NCBI GenBank assembly: GCA_013239625.1
Contig: MU053588.1
Span: forward strand, 1,932,508-1,996,507
Direction of reading: 5' to 3'
DNA: 64,000 nt
Source: Lama guanicoe
Taxonomy: Eukaryota
Shown here in pieces: positions 1-9,221 of the stretch (positions within the stretch are counted from its first letter, which is position 1; each line of letters opens with the position of its first letter). The position numbers and the translations under genes were made by a program. The notes under the pieces were generated by a model. That model did no database searches, was not told the DNA's origin, and saw only the letters and a list, made by a program, of their open reading frames with translations.

Positions 1-500
1 AGCTATCTCTAGGGGTGGTTTATAAGGTGCTCCATTTTTTACATTATGCTTCTGAATTAAAAAAAAATACAATGTTATTAATATTCACAATGGGCCCCTC
101 TGGGCCAGGCCAAACTCAGCTGGCACTCTCTGGGTTCTGCTCTCATCAGACAATGATGATGACCTCTGAAGGAGGCTTTTATACATAAGCCAGGGGCAGT
201 GTAAAAGGTACCATGTTGTAGACAGGGGCAGGAAGTACAGGGGTGCCGAATGGGAGGGACAGGAGATGGGAGGAAAGAAGGCCGGCCCTCCAAGGGTGCC
301 AGATACCCAAGACCCTAAACTAAAGCGGGACCGCTACCTCCACGATCTCACCTGGATCCCCCCACCCTTTTCATTCGGACAGACTCAAGAGGCCTGTTCA
401 TCCACTCCAGTTCCATCCGTATCAGGGCTCTGGAGGCCTCTTCCAGGAAACCTGGAGTGGCCTGTCCTACCTCACCTGGGCCAACCCCTAGACCCCTCAC

Positions 501-633
501 CGATGAGCATGCGGTATTTGTGTGGGTGCCGGGCATCTTCAATGACAGGAATAATGTTGGTCCTCTTCTTGGCCAAGTTAATGAGGTCACGGCCAGAACG
601 GTGGGAGAACTCAACTGCATAGACCAGACCATC
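501..633 (-). CDS. FBL: Fibrillarin coding exon 6 ([44 protein letters not shown]); later exons lie outside the window
   Basis: TAG|GAT acceptor at 634, G|GTGAGG donor at 500; 133 nt, phase 0 to 1; translation matches the fibrillarin SAM-dependent methyltransferase core. Confidence 0.97.
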
Positions 634-719
634 CTAGAATAAATCAAGTAATAACAGTGATACTAGTTCTCATGTATGGAGTGCCTACTTTGGGCCTATA
701 TGTTGCAAGAATCTCTTCA

Positions 720-772
720 AATCCCCAAATCCAAACCCTACCATTTAATCCCCAAATCCAAACCCTACCATT
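720..772. repeat. 27-bp tandem duplication in FBL intron 5
   Basis: AATCCCCAAATCCAAACCCTACCATT at 720 and 747. Confidence 0.9.
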
Positions 773-1040
773 ATTTCACAGATGAATAAACTGAGGTCGA
801 GAGATGTGAAATCACTGGCCAAGGGTTATTCAATCCTGCTTTGTCTGATCTGAGAGCCCAAGCCCCTAATTAAAACCAGGAAGCTAGGGCACAGAGATGA
901 TGTTGTAACAGTTAAGAATATTTTCAGTGGGCCAGGAACTGCTCTAGGCACTTTAAAGGATGCAACTCATTTATCTTCACAATGACCCTATTTTACACAA
1001 GGGTAAACTGAGACTGAGAGGTTAAGTTACTTGCTGAAAG

Positions 1041-1168
1041 GGGAGAGGATACAGCTCATGGTAGAACACATGCTTAGCATGCACAAGGTCCTGGATTCAA
1101 CCCCCAGTATGCCCTCTTAACACAAATAAATAAATAAACCCGATAACCTCCCCCCAATTAAAAAAAAA
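1041..1168 (+). mobile_element. tRNA-derived SINE (camelid-type) inserted in a MIR
   Basis: tRNA-Ala-like head with A/B boxes, TAAA repeats, poly(A); TSD AAGT(T/A)ACTTGCTGAAAG at 1024-1040 and 1167-1183. Confidence 0.88.
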
Positions 1169-1635
1169 GTAACTTGCTGAAAGCCAACTTCACTGTTACA
1201 AGCCTGCACCACAGCCCACAGTTTTTAACCACTGAATTACACAGCCTGTAGTTGCATGCTGAGTGAGTCGTGAAGTGGGACGCACAGGCGCCCTCTCAAC
1301 AGGGAGCCTGTCCAGCCAGACAGAAACGCAGGCCCAGAAACTGACTTGGACATCAAAGACCAGATTTGAGGGGTATCAATTTTTAAAGAGGGCAACCAAA
1401 TCAAATAGTCTGGGTATCTACACTCTCAGCTCTGGGCCCCTCTAACACTGGTTGGTCGTCCTGATGCCCAAGCTCCTTCCTTCCAGGCCGAGAACTCAGG
1501 AGTGAGGCTGAATGAAGCTTTGGAGACCATGTAGTACATGCACAGGCACTCTGACCAGGAAGGGCCTGGCTCCAGGCTGGCAGAGGAGGTAGCCTTTCCC
1601 TCCCTCCCGCCTCTTCCCCATCTCTGTTCACTCAC

Positions 1636-1806
1636 CGGGCCTACGATGTCAGAGACGTGGGAGACGGTGGTGCCCGAGGCAGCGCCTAGGTAGAGCACCT
1701 TGGCCCCAGGCTTGATGTGGATCTGGTCCACGCCGCCCAGGATTGCTGCCGCCAGCTTGGAACGGAAGGGGTTCCAGGCGCGGTACTCAATTTTGTCATC
1801 TCCCTC
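1636..1806 (-). CDS. FBL: Fibrillarin coding exon 5 ([57 protein letters not shown])
   Basis: CAG acceptor at 1807, CCG|GTGAGT donor; 171 nt; contains the SAM-binding motif [10 protein letters not shown]. Confidence 0.98.
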
Positions 1807-2057
1807 CTGGGCCGGGAGAGATGGGGATGGAAGTCAATGCAAGGCTTCTCTGCAAGACCCTGCTGCTCTGAACTCTAGGGCCCTTTACAAGGGATTGGGC
1901 GCCTGAGCATCGTGCAAGAAATGAACACGGGTGCATATGAGTGACCACGGCAGGCGCAGGGCCTGTCCACTCATGGAGGTTCCTAATTCAGGGAGAAGGG
2001 GCAGCGACAGACAATAAACAGAGACACCGATGCCCCAGGTAATGGCAAGACTTACGC

Positions 2058-2770
2058 ATTCATTTAACAAACACTGACTGTGCCAGCAAATACTGTGCAC
2101 CAGTCCCCAGGCATAGGCACCAGGGAAACCAGCAAGTAAGACTCATGCCCTCAAGGAGGCTAAGCTGAATTGACCGTCGAACACATATGGCAGTGTCCAG
2201 GAACAGGTGCTAAGGAGGAAGACCTGAAGTATGGGGAGCAGGAGCAGGTCCAGGGCAGGTGAAAACGAGAAGGGGTGGCCAGGGGAGCACCAAGGAGACC
2301 TCTGAAGCAGACCTGACAGTGAGGGCCATTCAAGTTAGCGTTCCAGGCACAGGAAAGCCAGCAAGGCCCTGAGGCAGGAGTGTGCCTGGCCACACAGAAA
2401 ATGTCATGGCATAAGAGGGCAGGGGATAGACAGGGTGGTGCAGGGTGGCCTTGTAACAAGACAAGGTGACACTTGACCAGAGATGCTAATGATGACAAGG
2501 AACTAGCCACACCCAGAGCTGGGAGGAGTGCGTTCCAGGCGGAGGGAACAGCAAGGCTGTCGGTGTGTCTGGAAGACAGCTGGTTAGGGGGCAGTGGGAG
2601 GAGACAGTGGGGAGGGAGGGCAAGAATGTGTAGGGCCTTCCAGGCCACCCTGAGGACTTGGGACTTCAACCTGAAGCCCGTGGGACATCACGGAAGGTGT
2701 CTGAGGAGGGGAGCACACAATCTGACCTATGGATTAAGATGAGCCCTGGCTGTCACATGCAGGATGCATG
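2058..2770 (-). mobile_element. LINE-2 remnant
   Basis: CATTCATTTAACAAACAC end motif and ...CAAAGGCCCTGAGGCAGGA-like L2 3' blocks; boundaries approximate. Confidence 0.6.
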
Positions 2771-2847
2771 CTGGGAGCAGAAGACCAGACAGCCGGTTAT
2801 ACCATCAGCTGGGGCCCTGGTGGCTAGGCCAGGGGCCTGGGCCTCAC

Positions 2848-2942
2848 CGAAATCGAGACTCTCTTCTCTCCATAAACTGATTCTCCAGGGACCAGATTCT
2901 TAGTAACCAGTGCATCTTCCTTTCCTCGACAAATGAAGACAC
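2848..2942 (-). CDS. FBL: Fibrillarin coding exon 4 ([32 protein letters not shown])
   Basis: CAG acceptor, TCG|GTGAGG donor; 95 nt, phase 1 to 0; fibrillarin signature GESVYGEK. Confidence 0.97.
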
Positions 2943-3026
2943 CTGGGTGAGGGGATCAGGGAAAGGGTGAAGACTCCAGGCCACCACCCACCCCAACCTC
3001 AGCAGGTGCCCACCTCCCTCACTCAC

Positions 3027-3128
3027 CCTCGTGGCGATGAGGCTCCACCATCACATTCTTCCCGGACTGGTTTCCCTTTTTTCCTCCCCGACCACGACCT
3101 CGGTTGCCACCAGACTGGAACCCGCCGC
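3027..3128 (-). CDS. FBL: Fibrillarin coding exon 3 ([34 protein letters not shown])
   Basis: TTGCAG acceptor, G|GTGAGT donor; 102 nt, phase 1 to 1; end of GAR domain and VEPHRHE motif. Confidence 0.96.
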
Positions 3129-3217
3129 CTGCAAGGCAGAGATGCAATAGAGACGGCGACCCCACAGCTCCTCCCTCCCCGCCTGGCAAGCCCAGGAAAA
3201 GCTTCCTCCTCTGTCAC

Positions 3218-3385
3218 CTCTTCCTCCTCCTCCTCCTCGTCCACGGCCCCTGAAGCCTCCGCCTCGACCTCGGCCCCCGCCAAAGCCTCCTCGGCCTCCG
3301 CCAAAGCCTCCACGGCCTCCACCACGACCGCCACGGTCACCAAAGCCACCTCTGCCACCGAAGCCGCCCCCACGGGGGCTGAAAC
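3218..3385 (-). CDS. FBL: Fibrillarin coding exon 2, GAR/RGG domain
   Basis: CTGCAG acceptor at 3386, AGAG|GTGACA donor; 168 nt, phase 1 to 1; [14 protein letters not shown]... Confidence 0.95.
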
Positions 3386-4761
3386 CTGCAGTGGAAACAG
3401 AAACAGGAATCAGGGCCACGAATCTTGAGAAGTTATCCCCACACCGAGGAATCGCACTCAGGAAAGAAAGTGGAGAAACGTGTACATCTGGGCACCGGGA
3501 GAGCTGCTCACAACCGTTCTGAGCAACAGGTAGTTCAGAACTAACCCAAATGTCCATTGGCAGCATGACGGACAAATGAAACAGGGACTATTCACCACCA
3601 GCAATGCCAAGGCTCAGCGGTTACACACAACAGACAGATAAATCTTAGCCTCATGTGAAGAGGAAAAGCAAGTCCTAGAAAACCACTATCCAACACAATA
3701 TCTGTTTTTATAAAGTCCAGCAACAGCTAAAATTAAACAAGGCCATGCTGTGTTGACATGTGGTCACCGACGCTCCCCTCCCCCTAGAAACAGGCAAGGG
3801 AATGACAGATGCAAAACACGGTACTGGGCTTTGGGAGGAAGAAACCACGGGGTCGGGATGGGAAGAACACAGGTGGATGTAGATTACTGTCAGTATTCTG
3901 CTTTTCTCAGCTGGACAGCAGAGTCATAGAATTCCTTCTATTTTCAATACTAATTAGTCTGGAGAACAGTGTCTACTGTGTGAGTACGTGCACTGTGGCA
4001 GTAGGGTTCCCCACACCCTGGAAATATCTTCATGGCCTCCCCCTCCTGACCCTGTGTCTGGGAGGAAAGCGCCAACCCCGAGAGGGGAGGCGATCGGCAT
4101 CATGTCTTTCCTGCTAACTGATCTCTCTGCTTCTAAGCCTGCGCAAGTCTCTCCCAGCTTGGTGGGGGAAAACAAGCAAAAACCCAAATTGTCCTTGATG
4201 AATGGGCAGCAGTTCATAAGCAGTTTAGGGCTTGTCAGTAAGATGGAAAGTTTAAGGGAAAAAAAAGAAAAAAACAAATTCAGAGAGACTTTGTTTTCAT
4301 CACTTCAGGATAGAACATTGTTTACTTCACTGGGTACAAAACAATGTCTGAAGCAGACACAATTGTCCTGCGGCTAGTGGATTCAGTATTTGACTTTTCT
4401 GTAACAGCTTCCAAAGCCCTGCAGTACTTCCAGAGAAATCACGAATTATAAAACACTAGTCAATATGAAAATTAGTGATGCTTTAAAATGATCTCACTTG
4501 ATGTAAACTATTTAGTAATAAACTTGCTGAAGATTTTGCTAAGGTGAGTTATATTAACACTCTGAAAACTTCATGCTTCTTAATGGTGTTAAAGATGAAA
4601 ACGTAGAACTTTTAATAGCTAGTTTTAATTTAGTTGTTAAAATTTTCAAAACTCTTACACCAAGAGTTGTTTACCTCGAGTCTCCTACTCCCTCTACTGC
4701 CCACATTGCAGCTAGTGACTGATTTTTCCAAACAGCCAACAAGTTAAAAAAAGAAAAAGTT

Positions 4762-5120
4762 CGAGATTTGCAGATACACACTATTATATATAAAATATGA
4801 GGAGGGTGTATGTAGCTCAGTGGTAGAGTGAGTGCTTAGAACGCACGAGGTCCCGGGTTCAATCCCCCGTACCTCCAATCAATAAACCTAATTACCTTTC
4901 CCCCAAAACAAAGAAACAAAGAATTTAAAAAATAGATAAACAGCAAGTTTCTACTGCATAGCACACGGAACTATATTCAACATCTTGTCGTAACCTATAA
5001 TGAATGAAAAAGAATATTAAAAGGAATATATGCATGTATATGTGTGACAGAAACATAATGCTGTACACCAGAAATTAACATAACATTGTAAACTGACTAT
5101 ACATCAATTAAAAACAAAAA
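4762..5120 (+). mobile_element. L1 3'-end fragment (artiodactyl-type) interrupted by a SINE
   Basis: GATAAACAGCAAG...TATATTCAA...TGCTGTACACCAGAAATTAACATAACATTGTAAACTGACTATACATCAATTAAAAA is a typical L1 3'UTR terminus. Confidence 0.75.
4800..4930 (+). mobile_element. tRNA-derived SINE (camelid-type), well-preserved head
   Basis: TAGCTCAGTGG A box, GGTTCAATCC B box, ACCTCCA, AATAAACCTAATTACCTTTCCCCC tail; sits inside the L1 fragment. Confidence 0.88.
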
Positions 5121-5259
5121 ACCCATACTGTAGAAATAAAGTTAAAAAAAAAAAAAAGCCAACCAGACCTCATCACTCCCCTGCCCAAATCGCTTTGATG
5201 GTCTTCCACCACATTCTAAATGAAATCAAAACTCCCTTCTCTGACTTCCAAAGACTAAA

Positions 5260-5388
5260 TCAGTGGTTCTCACCCTTCCCCCATTTGTTACCTAGAGACT
5301 CTGATGTAATTGTCTGGGGTGGGGGCATGGGTCTTTGTAAAGGTCACCAGGTGACTCTAATGAGCAGCCCAAACTGACAACCATTTGG
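5260..5388. mobile_element. MER5A-like hAT DNA transposon remnant
   Basis: CAGTGGTTCTCA terminus, AGAGACTCTGATGTAATTG, CCAGGTGACTCTAATG motifs. Confidence 0.6.
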
Positions 5389-7374
5389 GCTCAGCTTTTT
5401 CTGGCTTTTCTGACCTCACTCTATGCTGGGCCCCCCGGCGCCTTCCCCAAGGTCAAACTCACTCTCCAACTTCTAAACCCTGAACATCTACTGTCCTCCT
5501 GCCTGGGTCCTGATGACGTTTCCTTGACTCACTGACTCCACTGCACTCAGGTCTCTGATCAAATGCTCCTTCCCTAAAAGGGCCTTCTCTGGCTACCTGC
5601 CCTTTACCCTGCTTTCTTTTTCTTCCTATCAATTATCACACGTGGCATTTAAAAAATTATTCCTGCCTGCCTCCCGGACCAGAACCATGCTCCAGGATGT
5701 GTGTTCTGGTCATCACTGCATCCCCAGCATCCTGCACAGCATCTGGTACAAAGTATGGGCTCAATGAATATTAAATGAGCTGTCTGCTGATGACTCTTAA
5801 ATCCCTGGATTGTGCCTCATGAAGGAAGCACCCTCTCTGTTCATTCAGGAAGAAGGTGATTGGATGGTGACCAGAGCCCTGGTCCCTCCCCTCAAGCAGC
5901 TCCCATATCAAATACAGGCAGATGGCCACGCCTTTCATGACCCCAGAGAGGAGGGAAGGTTGGTTGGAGTCTTGAAAAGTTCATCTGTGAGATGGAGGTA
6001 TGGAAATCACAGGGTGTCCACCTCATAGAGTTGTAAAGATTAAATGACTTAATACACACAAAGCACTTCGCTTAACACACTGCCTGGCACGCAGTTTGAA
6101 TATACTATTTAAACTCAAAGGAAGGAGTCCCTTCTCCTTCCTACTTAAGGGAGAAACTACTAGGGTCCAAGAGACCGTCGACCCAGGCCTGATGGACCAG
6201 AAACCCAGAAAGTGCAGGCACCACCTGGGGCGCTGGAGGCTGGAGGGTAAGCTCTCCATCTCAGATACTCAAAACATCTTAACATTTCAGGTCCTGGGGC
6301 TCTTAGAAAAATGCACTGAGAGTACCCACCTCTCAGAAAAACACACATTCACATATATGTTTCTAGAAGCTGTGGGTGGAGAGTCCACAGACCCCCAGAT
6401 TTAAACTGCTTTCTTCCCAAAGCCTTCCTCATCTCAGAAATGGCAACTCCCTGCTCCCAGTTACATGGGCCAAAACCCTTAGTTCTCCTTGGCGCCTCCT
6501 CTCACATCCACATACGAGCTGTTGCCCACACCTTCAAAAGATATCCCCCAACTGCAGCAGTGTGTCAGCCAGGCACACTGCCACCACCCTGGTCCAGGCT
6601 GCATCACTTCCCAGCAGATTACAACAAGCTGCCCACTGATGTGTCTGCTTCCACTCCCGTTCCCCTTGAGTCTTCTACACATAGAAACAAGGAGGATCCT
6701 TTTTAAACCTATCAGTCCATTCTGACCAAAATCTTTGCTGAAGAGCTGCCTCTGACAACTCCTCCAGCTTCATGTACTAACTCAGTGAGGGAGGGGTTGG
6801 GAGGAAGGTGCATCCCCCATTCCTGGGCCGATCAGACTACAGGATGCCTGCGGGCCTGCCAGGGTCTCGGTGGGAGACACACTGCTTGGTACTTCCCACT
6901 CCACTTCACCAGCTGATCCCCAAACACTGAAGAGAAAGGGAACTTGGGAAGAGGGCACCTATCCACTAATCCCCTCCTCCCCTGCCCCCGGAGAACCCCA
7001 TCTCTCCAAAGGCCGAGGGGGGGAAAAAAGAGGAAGGAAAAAGAAAATCTGCATTAGGAAACAGAGCCTTTTGGTCATGGTGAAAGATTTCCCCAACTCC
7101 AGCGGAGCAAGTTGGCAGGAGGAGCGAGGCCTGATTTAGGAAGAGCTGAGACGCCAGGGAGAAGGACCTTTATTTTGTTCCCCTTGAGAAGAAAGACAAC
7201 AATTAGAGCCAATACTGTATGTTAAACACTGTGCCGAATGCGACGTAACTGACATAACAGTGTGTAAGTTTAAGGTGTACAACCTGTTGACATGACACAC
7301 ATCATATATTGCAAAAAGATTACCACCACGTGCTATTTTTTTTCCTAACATGATCTCACTAAATTACAACTGGG

Positions 7375-7500
7375 CGCTATTTTACTGATGAGATAACTGA
7401 GGCTTAGAGAGGTAAAGCCACTTGCCCAAGGTCACACAGTAAGTTAAACAGAGTTAGGATCCAAACTTTGAACTGTCGGCTGTCAAAGACAGAACTCTCA
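7375..7500 (-). mobile_element. MIR SINE remnant
   Basis: ACTGAGGCTTAGAGAGGTAAAGCCACTTGCCCAAGGTCACACAG core. Confidence 0.75.
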
Positions 7501-8325
7501 TCATTCTATCACGAGTGAGGTGGGGTGGGTTCATCAGAATCTCGAGTAAAATCTGAATGAATAAAACCACTCCTACCCTGTGACTATCTCTCTCCCCCAC
7601 CCCACAATAATCCTATACCGGACTTGAGAAATGCATTCTCACGTATCACTGCGAGTTGACCATCACTAGGCGCAGGATCTCCACTCCATTCTCAGGACCC
7701 GCCCCTCTCGGGAGAGTAGAGAGCGGGAAAGTGGGCCAGAGAGGGCCACACACTATCAAGCCGGGAGTACTCATCCATGCCGGCCCTCTCCAAGAGGCTG
7801 GGTTTGGGGCCAAGGGTACTGCAGTAGCGGCGGTGACAGGGGAGCATTCAGGGTCCTCCCAGACTCACCTACTGGACCCAAGATCAGCGACTCTCCGCCT
7901 CGGAACCAGGACAAATCCCCGAATACCATGCCCAGAGATCTAAGACCCCAGATGTGGATCCTCGTCTGCCACCCCAGCCCAATACCCAAGACCTCAATGA
8001 CGGCCTCAGTGTCACCTCGGCCCCAGTTCAGTACCCCTGTACCCACACCCCCAATCCCACGCCAAACACTCGATTCACGACCGTGACCTCCGAAAAGTCA
8101 GTCACAAACCTTCAAACCAGGAACCCGAACCCTGGGCTCAGGTTCGATCACAGAGCGGAACCAAGCCCCTCCACCCCAACAAGAGACCGGAACCGAGACC
8201 CCCTCCCCACAAGAGACTGGAACCTCTGCCCTCAGACCAAGACTCCGCCCCTCCATTCTGGCCTGGCACCCGGATCCCCGCCAGGACCAAGTCCCCTGAC
8301 CCCCGACCCCAACCCAGGCCTGCAC

Positions 8326-8335
8326 CTGGCTTCAT
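8326..8335 (-). CDS. FBL: Fibrillarin exon 1 coding part (ATGAAGCCAG = MKP+G); 5'UTR extends to ~8417
   Basis: ATG at 8335-8333 followed by G|GTGCAG donor; joins exon 2 to give the known [12 protein letters not shown]-terminus. Confidence 0.95.
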
Positions 8336-8379
8336 AGCAAGCGCGGAGCTGCACGGCTCAGGAAATCGGTGGCTTCCTC

Positions 8380-8600
8380 CGCTCCACGCGTCCCGGGCTT
8401 ACGCACGTGGAAAAGAGCGCATGCGCGCGGCGACGTACGGTTCAATACGCCACTACGCAGCCCCACCCCTCGGAGCCGCAGCCCCACCCCTCGGAGCCGC
8501 AGCCCCGCCCGGAGCCTGGTGCGCGCGCTGTGGGCGGGGATTCCCGAACCTCTCAGGGCACCGCCCCCTGGGCGGCCCATGGCACTGTCTTTACCTGTGC
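8380..8600 (-). promoter_or_regulatory. FBL: FBL CpG-island promoter: TCT/5'TOP-like initiator CTCTTTTCC (8417-8409), E-box CACGTG (8404-8409), NRF1 palindrome GCGCATGCGC (8417-8426), GC/CACCC boxes
   Basis: Motifs read directly, 70-90 nt upstream of the ATG, in a CpG-dense stretch. Confidence 0.8.
8456..8510. repeat. 21-bp tandem repeat (2 perfect copies + partial third) in the FBL promoter
   Basis: CGCAGCCCCACCCCTCGGAGC at 8456-8476 and 8477-8497, then CGCAGCCCCGCCC. Confidence 0.92.
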
Positions 8601-9088
8601 AGCGAACCCTACCCTAAACGCTCTTCCCACTTCCCCTTAATCGGTGCGAGCACTCCAGCAATCAGGGCTCATCCTCAGACTTTAGCACGGACTGTACCCT
8701 CTGCTCCTTTTGTCCATTCCTTGTTAACTCCCTAAAGTTCCCTCTACACCCAAAAGCCTTCCCTAATCCATTTCCACCCTCAAGAACAAGGGCCAACTCT
8801 GGATTCCTAATCATACATTCGAAAAACATTTATTGTGTGCCTGAATGTACTAGGCACTGTTCCAGGCGCAGGGAATACAGCAGGAAACAAGACAGACAAA
8901 TCCCTACCCCTCTGGAACTCATCTTCTAGTGGGAGAAACAGACACCAAACAAGTTAGTAAAACCATGTCGAATGATAGGCAATAAGTGCTTTGGAGAAAA
9001 TAACAGCAGGGAAGGGGGATAAGGACTGGTGTGTGTGTGTGGGGGGCGTTTCCTATGGGATGGTCATGGAACGCATCCAGTGACTTTT

Positions 9089-9221
9089 AATTTTTTTTTT
9101 CTTTTTGGGGGGAGGTAATTAGGTTTGTTTATTTATTTATTTTAATGGAAGTACTGGGGATTGAATCCCGGACCTTGTGAATGCTAAACACGCAGCCTAC
9201 CACTGAGCTATAACCTCCCCC
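9089..9221 (-). mobile_element. tRNA-derived SINE (camelid-type) inside an L2 remnant
   Basis: Reverse complement of the same SINE; TSD CATCCAGTGA at 9074 and 9223. Confidence 0.88.

Noticed and set aside
2967..3428. Ser/Ala/Thr-rich ORF (+) and Glu/Ala-rich ORF (-) over FBL exon 2
   Set aside because: Antisense and alternative-frame shadows of the GGN-rich GAR exon
4236..4303. Possible intronic box C/D snoRNA in FBL (GTGATGA...CTGA on minus strand)
   Set aside because: No terminal stem, the guide region is a poly-T tract, and it is far from a 3' splice site
4800..4878. tRNA gene (also at 1041, 9089, 47909, 54470, 62815)
   Set aside because: All carry the same non-tRNA tail, A-rich end and mostly TSDs; these are SINEs, not tRNA genes
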